Below, one piece after another: positions 7,730 to 12,265 of a stretch of 12,265 nt of DNA (within the stretch, counting starts at the first letter, position 1; each line of letters begins with the position of its first letter). The stretch comes from Octopus sinensis (lineage: Eukaryota): contig NW_021826640.1 in the NCBI RefSeq assembly GCF_006345805.1, forward strand, positions 1 to 12,265, given 5' to 3'. Under the pieces are notes generated by a model. That model worked only from the letters and a program-made list of their open reading frames with translations. It searched no databases and was not told the origin of the DNA. The position numbers were made by a program, and so were the translations under genes.

Positions 7730-7930
7730 GGCAATTAGAGACGAAAGATCGCCATTGGCAATCTTTCGTCTCTAGTAGACCTTTCCGTCGATTTCCGTAA
7801 AAATTTTTTTTTTTTTTACATATGGGCTTGCGGGAACTTTTGAAGTAATGAGAGCGAAAGAGACTAAGAGAAAGCGATTGTATGACGAGGGAAATTCTTT
7901 TGAAGTTACCGTGCATGTGAAGCATTGATG

Positions 7931-7976
<46 letters not shown>

Positions 7977-8209
7977 ATGGGGTGTGGGAGACAGACAGTA
8001 TGTTGTGTAAGTGAAGTGCTTCTGTTAGTGTGTGTGAAGAGACAGACAGAGTAATGTGTGAAAGAAAGAGATAACTGAAATTTTTTACTCGGTCTATGTG
8101 TATATGTATGCATGTATATTACTTCAAAAGTTCCCGCAAGTCCATATGTAAAAAAAAAACTTTTTTTACGGAAATCGACGGAAAGGTCTACTAGAGACGA
8201 AAGATCGCC
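7730..8209. mobile_element. Non-autonomous TIR element with ~90-bp TIRs and a 9-bp TSD (Mutator- or Merlin-like)
   Basis: 7757-7849 is the reverse complement of 8118-8209 (GGC.ATCTTTCGTCTCTAGTAGACCTTTCCGTCGATTTCCGTAAAA...CTTGCGGGAACTTTTGAAGTAAT). The TSD is GTTGTGATT (7721-7729 and 8210-8218). The interior is GA/TG-rich low-complexity DNA. Confidence 0.85.
7935..7973. repeat. (TG)n microsatellite inside the TIR element
   Basis: About 19 perfect TG units. Confidence 0.97.
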
Positions 8210-8499
8210 GTTGTGATTTGATAGAGTCTAGTAATTCGCTGCCCCACCTCACACATACACACACACACACAAAGAGAGAAAGAAACGAAAGGGAAATTCA
8301 GTAAACTCTATGGAAAGCCGCATTTGTTGAAAGTTCTCTGATCATCCGGTTTTTGAAACAAATATTTTGACACAAAAGAAAAAAAATACTCATTATGACG
8401 AAATGACTGAATGGAGACATTGAAACGTTATAATTTATCTAGTGACCTCCCTCATTTTTTTTCTCTGCTACTGTCTTTCTTTTTATTACTATTATTATT

Positions 8500-8895
8500 T
8501 TAAGTATTTTTCTTTTTTTCTTTTATACTTGTTTCAGTCATTTGACTGCGGCCATGCTGGAGCACCGCCTTTAGTCGAGCAAATCGACCCCAGGACTTAT
8601 TCATTGTAAGCCCAGTACTTATTCTACCGGTCTCTTTTGCCGAACCGCTAAGTGACGGGGACGCAAACACACCAGCATCGGTTGTCAAGCAATGCTAGGG
8701 GGACAAACACAGACACACAAACACATACATATGTATATACATATATACGACAGGCTTCTATCAGTTTCCGTCTACCAAATCCACTCACAAGGCATTGGTC
8801 GGCCCGGGGCTATAGCAGAAGACACTTGCCCAAGATGCCACGCAGTGGGACTGAACCCGGAACCATGTGGTTGGTTAGCAAGCTACTTACCACAC
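8500..8895 (-). mobile_element. tRNA-derived SINE with CORE-like domain
   Basis: The minus strand reads GTGTGGTAAGTAGCTTGCT..., a B-box-like GGGTTCAGTCCC, a CORE-like GCATCTTGGGCAAGTGTCTT, an internal (TA/TG) tract, a 3' GCGGTGCTCCAGCATGGCCGCAGTCAAATGACTGAAACAAG and an A-rich tail. The 5'-most bases appear to be missing, the tail boundary is approximate and there is no clear TSD. Confidence 0.88.
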
Positions 8896-8942
8896 GTGTA
8901 ATCTAACTATATTTCTATCTCTACTCGCAATCCTAATCACCG

Positions 8943-9044
8943 GATGATGACGATGACGACGATGATATGTGCGCGCAATCGCGCGTGTGTGTGTGTGTGT
9001 GTGTGTTGTGTGTGTGTGTGTGTGTGTGTGTGTTTGTGTTTGTG
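8943..9044. repeat. Compound microsatellite (GAT/GAC)n + (GC)n + (GT)n
   Basis: GATGATGACGATGACGACGATGAT, then GTGCGCGCAATCGCGCG, then about 60 bp of GT repeat. Confidence 0.95.
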
Positions 9045-9051
9045 TAAATGT

Positions 9052-9375
9052 GGATCTTTTCACTTTGACCGGCAGATTTAAAAAATAATTTTCTGTAACT
9101 AAACACTTTTAAACTTCGTATACTGGTAGAATGTGTCACACAAAACGTCTTTTTCCCTTAGCGTTCTTGAGAAAATTCTGTAGTTTGTAAGCTATTTGTT
9201 GTTAAATTTCTCGTATTTCGGCAATTTCAACCAATCAATGACGTCTATTGAGGTGAATGCAATTACTGCTGTTGTTTGTCAACAAGAAGTTCCGGCGGTG
9301 TATATTTCGTTTAAGAAACAGATTGAAATGCAATAAAATAGATCGATTCTCATGCCGGTCAAAGTGAAAAGATCC
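9052..9375. mobile_element. Merlin-like non-autonomous element, TIR variant 1
   Basis: It has perfect 23-bp TIRs GGATCTTTTCACTTTGACCGGCA (9052-9074 and 9353-9375). The flanking direct repeat is TAAATGT (9045-9051 and 9376-9382; 7 bp exact). Its left ~230 bp match 5080-5290. Confidence 0.9.
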
Positions 9376-9689
9376 TAAATGTATGTGTTAACATAAATTT
9401 TTAATGCTTTTATGGATGTTTATGGATGTATGTATAATTTCTCTTATATAACCCTTTTATATATGGCATTAACGGTTTCATCTTCTAGTTTTTGTGAAAG
9501 AGGAACGCATTAGGCCTTCCAATTTGATAGCACTTCCTGATCCACACTTGCTTTTAATGAAGTTTATTCTCTTACAAGCATAATCCAACGAAGGTTATTG
9601 TAATCTTACTGCGAACCAACGACCCCCTATATTTCCCTAAGCGTCTAAAACTAAAATTAAACCCTCTGAGTTCTCCCTTCTCTTCTCCA

Positions 9690-10306
9690 GTATTCATGAA
9701 TTCCGGTCCGACCTAGACCTCACACGTCACCCGTTACTAGCATGGAAACCATACGTCCTATTCCTCTCTGAAGCACAAATCTCTTAACCCCTATTTATAG
9801 TCCATCTCTGTTGACCAGGCTAGACTTTATAATCAAATTTCGCTCCGAAAACAGTGTTTAGATATTTGTACATTCACCCCTTCACCACTAACTACTCTCA
9901 TTTGGATGTCAGTAATGAAGACTGACAGTTACTCTGGCTCAAAGTTTCCCTTCCTCACTCCTCCGAAAATATTTGATGTCTCCCATCCCTGCACTCCGGC
10001 CCAAAACTATTCTATCATATCTCTTTCTCTGTACCGAGAACATCGATGTCACTTCAGCTTCTTTAACGTTATCATACTCGATGATTTTACCGCTCACGAC
10101 TTTTCGTAGCTCTCATCCCATACTAATTTTGCCCGCGTAGAATCCTTAACTCTGTACATCAATTAGTTTCACCCTCCACGCACGTCCCTGATTCATACAC
10201 AGAAACTCTAAATACATTTGATCTCTTTCTCATCCCCAACTCCAACCGCAATCAAAAACCGCCATCGTCTTTATACCGTTCGTGCGTTATCACAACTATC
10301 CATCAC
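9690..10306 (+). mobile_element. Decayed APE endonuclease region of a non-LTR retrotransposon (CR1/L2/Jockey group)
   Basis: Motifs occur in the expected order despite stops and a frameshift: LLAWKPYVLFLSEAQIS (9734-9784; catalytic-type E), LIWM, VIILDDFTAH (10068-10097; cf. ILGDFNAH), HQLVSPSTHVPD (10157-10192; cf. QLVxxPTR), FDLFLIPN (10217-10240; cf. LDLFLT). Confidence 0.8.
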
Positions 10307-10307
10307 A

Positions 10308-10709
10308 TCTTTATATATAAAAGTCAAGTTGTGTGTCTGTCTCCTACGATTTAGATTCCTAACTACTCCCACATTTTGCGGTGCAGTTTAACCAAAACCG
10401 GGTATCTTATAGTCGTGATTCATATCGAGCCCTTCTGGGTATTAGCGCGCGACTACGATGAGTCTACGATTTAAAAAAAAATTTACCATCATTTTTTTCC
10501 ATTTTAATGCATTTTTTCGCTATTATATAAGGAAAGTAACCTTCTAAAAATGTCTACGATGAGTCAACGATTTAAAAAAAAATTTACCATCATTTTTTTT
10601 TTCCATTTTTAATGCATTTTTTTGCTATTTTTGTTTGCTATAACTCTCTAAAAATGCTTATATAGTTATTTCCCTTACAAACCCGAGCAACGCCGGGCGA
10701 TACTGCTAG
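10308..10709 (+). mobile_element. Non-autonomous Helitron, subfamily A
   Basis: The termini are A|TCTTTATATATAAAAG and CCCGAGCAACGCCGGG ... CTAG|T. It is a near-identical copy of 3200-3593, including the internal duplication. Confidence 0.9.
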
Positions 10710-10740
10710 TACTAAATAAAACACCTCAGTCCGTCTGATT

Positions 10741-11385
10741 CTATGTCGCTGACTGCGTGCAAGATGCGAGCGGGAGAGTGAAACTGTCCTGCACGCGATT
10801 GTGCAATGCCCCAAGGTGACTGAGCTCTGGACTTATGTCGAACGCCTGCTGTTTTATTCGAGAAGAGTACAACTGTCGAGCGAATCTGTAATTAAGATCG
10901 TTCCGCCGACCTCCCTGAATAGGGAGGAGCGAGCCTGTTTTCTCTCTGTAGTTGCTGTGGCGAAAGAAGTAGTATGGAAGACGAGAGTGACAGGAATTGC
11001 AACAGGCATGTTTATCTCCAGTCTCGAGCTAATCGACTTTTTCGTTTTCCACATGAAACGGAAAATAAGGCTGGAGAAGAAATGCCTGCCGCAAGGTATG
11101 TTTCGTAAAAGATGGAAGTCTATTGCAAGCTGTTTTCGAGGTAGAACCTGTTTAATACGAGAATATAAAAAGGATAAAGCAAAGTCTTCAGAGTGAGTAT
11201 TGGTTTTGTGGGCTCGACCGCGTCCTCCGCTTTATTTTTCGTAAATCACTCATTCTCATTTAATTGTATATATTTTAATTGTTTATTCATACGTTTCGTC
11301 TCATTCGATACCCTGACCCCAATGTTTGTTTTCTCTGTCCTTATATCGTCCCTTCTTTTTCTCAACCTCATGGTTAATAAAGAAA
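10741..11385 (+). mobile_element. 5'-truncated L1/Tx1-clade LINE: ORF2 C-terminus and 3' UTR
   Basis: Extending ORF 10801-11196 upstream in frame gives R-A-R-C-ERESETVL-H-AIVQ-C (10756-10809). This is a CX2CX8HX4C zinc knuckle with the first Cys changed (TGT to CGT). It is followed by ..ELW.. and AKEVVWKTR (cf. the Tx1 AK-x-x-IW-x-x-R motif). A T-rich UTR ends in AATAAAGAAA near 11376-11385. Confidence 0.8.
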
Positions 11386-11389
11386 TTGA

Positions 11390-12265
11390 CTGGTCGCAGT
11401 TATAAACAAAGCAAATGATTGAAACCTTCCTCTGAGTCGTGTTCGTCCACATCTCACATACAATCAAAACATGCGGCTCAAAGTCAGTATTTAAGACAAA
11501 ATTCAGGTTAAGAATACAGTCAAGTAAAGAACTTGGTTACATCTGGAGAAAATCACTCCTACAAACTGAACGGCTTTTACACAACAACTCATACAAGACC
11601 CTCATTTGTACATCCAACAAACTGAATGCTACCAAACTGCAGTCGATTTTTTTCATTCCTTGTCAAAAAGATCTTCACAAACTTCATGGAATGCTTCATT
11701 CCTTGTCAAAAAGATCTTCACAAACTTCATGGAATGCTTCATTCCTTGTCAAAAAGATCTTCACAAACTTCATGGAATGCTTCATTCCTTGTCAAAAAGA
11801 TCTTCACAAACTTCATGGAATGCTCATTCCTTGTCAAAAAGATCTTCACAAACTTCATGGAATGCTTCATTCCTTGTCAAAAAGATCTTCACAAACTTCA
11901 TGGAATGCTTCATTCCTTGTCAAAAAGATCTTCACAAACTTCATGGAATGCTTCATTCCTTGTCAAAAAGATCTTCACAAACTTCATGGAATGCTTCATT
12001 CCTTCACTTCTTAACCATACAGTGTCTACACTTTAGACTTAGCATTAATCAAGTATTCCAAATCCTTTTTTCCTAGATAGAACCTTGATCTTCTAGAATT
12101 CTCCTCCCTGAATATCTCCCCCGCAGCCGACGACTTGCAAATGTACAAAAGCAATATTAACCATGTCTGCTTCACCGGTTTAAGAAGCCCTGTGTGGGCC
12201 AAGGACATTGCTCTTTCCTCCACCAAGCTCGTTCCGTCTGGGTTTTTTTACCTACTATACAGCAT
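11390..12265 (+). pseudogene. Possible decayed retroelement ORF (Penelope-like N-terminus?) hosting the minisatellite
   Basis: One frame runs from 11439 to the window end with only two stops (12012, 12078): ..HISHTIKTCGSKSVFKTKFRLRI..KSLLQTERLL..//..NLDLLEFSSLNISPAADDLQMYKS... The resemblance to Penelope-like N-termini is loose and from memory. Confidence 0.25.
11652..12004. repeat. 43-bp minisatellite, 8 units plus 10 bp
   Basis: The unit is TTCATTCCTTGTCAAAAAGATCTTCACAAACTTCATGGAATGC, starting at 11652, 11695, 11738, 11781, 11824 (1-nt deletion), 11866, 11909 and 11952, with a partial unit at 11995. There are no spacers. Confidence 0.97.

Noticed and set aside
7698-8113. ORFs 7698-7925 and 7772-8113
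   Set aside because: They translate TIRs, poly-T and (TG)n of a non-autonomous element, and no transposase motifs are present.
8500-8906. ORFs 8500-8688, 8652-8906 and 8692-8901
   Set aside because: They lie entirely within the CORE-like SINE.
11665-11674. AAAAGATC in the minisatellite resembling the Merlin-like TIR end
   Set aside because: It is only 8 bp of low-complexity match with no further similarity.
11652-12004. CRISPR array
   Set aside because: The repeats are head-to-tail with no spacers, there are no cas genes and the context is eukaryotic.
11439-12076. Three overlapping ORFs (191, 156 and 136 aa) as real repeat proteins
   Set aside because: All arise because the 43-mer is stop-free and cycles through frames, so they are not independent evidence of coding.
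12123-12146. AADDLQMY as a reverse transcriptase YADD motif
   Set aside because: No upstream PQG or LD-x-x-KAFD motifs are visible in any frame, and the one KL-x-x-x-G-like stretch lies on the wrong side.

Overview
This is AT-rich eukaryotic DNA made almost entirely of stacked transposable-element remnants and microsatellites. The SINE families resemble ones I recall from octopus genomes, so an Octopus intron or intergenic region is likely (inference, not database-checked). No intact protein-coding gene, RNA gene or CRISPR array is supported. Contents: (1) three tRNA-derived SINE families in six insertions, two of which are an internally duplicated 'dimer' form; (2) three non-autonomous Helitrons with TC...hairpin...CTAG ends; (3) non-autonomous DNA transposons: a Tip100-type hAT, two Charlie-type hATs, three GGATC-ended Merlin-like copies (one converted to a 151-bp-arm foldback), a 9-bp-TSD element with a terminal hairpin, and a GGG-ended MITE with an unusual 6-bp TSD; (4) decayed LINE fragments: a CR1-type 3' end, an APE endonuclease and a Tx1/L1 C-terminus; (5) an old duplicated segment that allows a nested-insertion chronology; (6) a near-perfect 43-bp minisatellite; (7) one candidate host exon on the minus strand. 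I do not see a new multi-gene system. The most interesting signals are structural variants of mobile elements. All alignments were done by eye.
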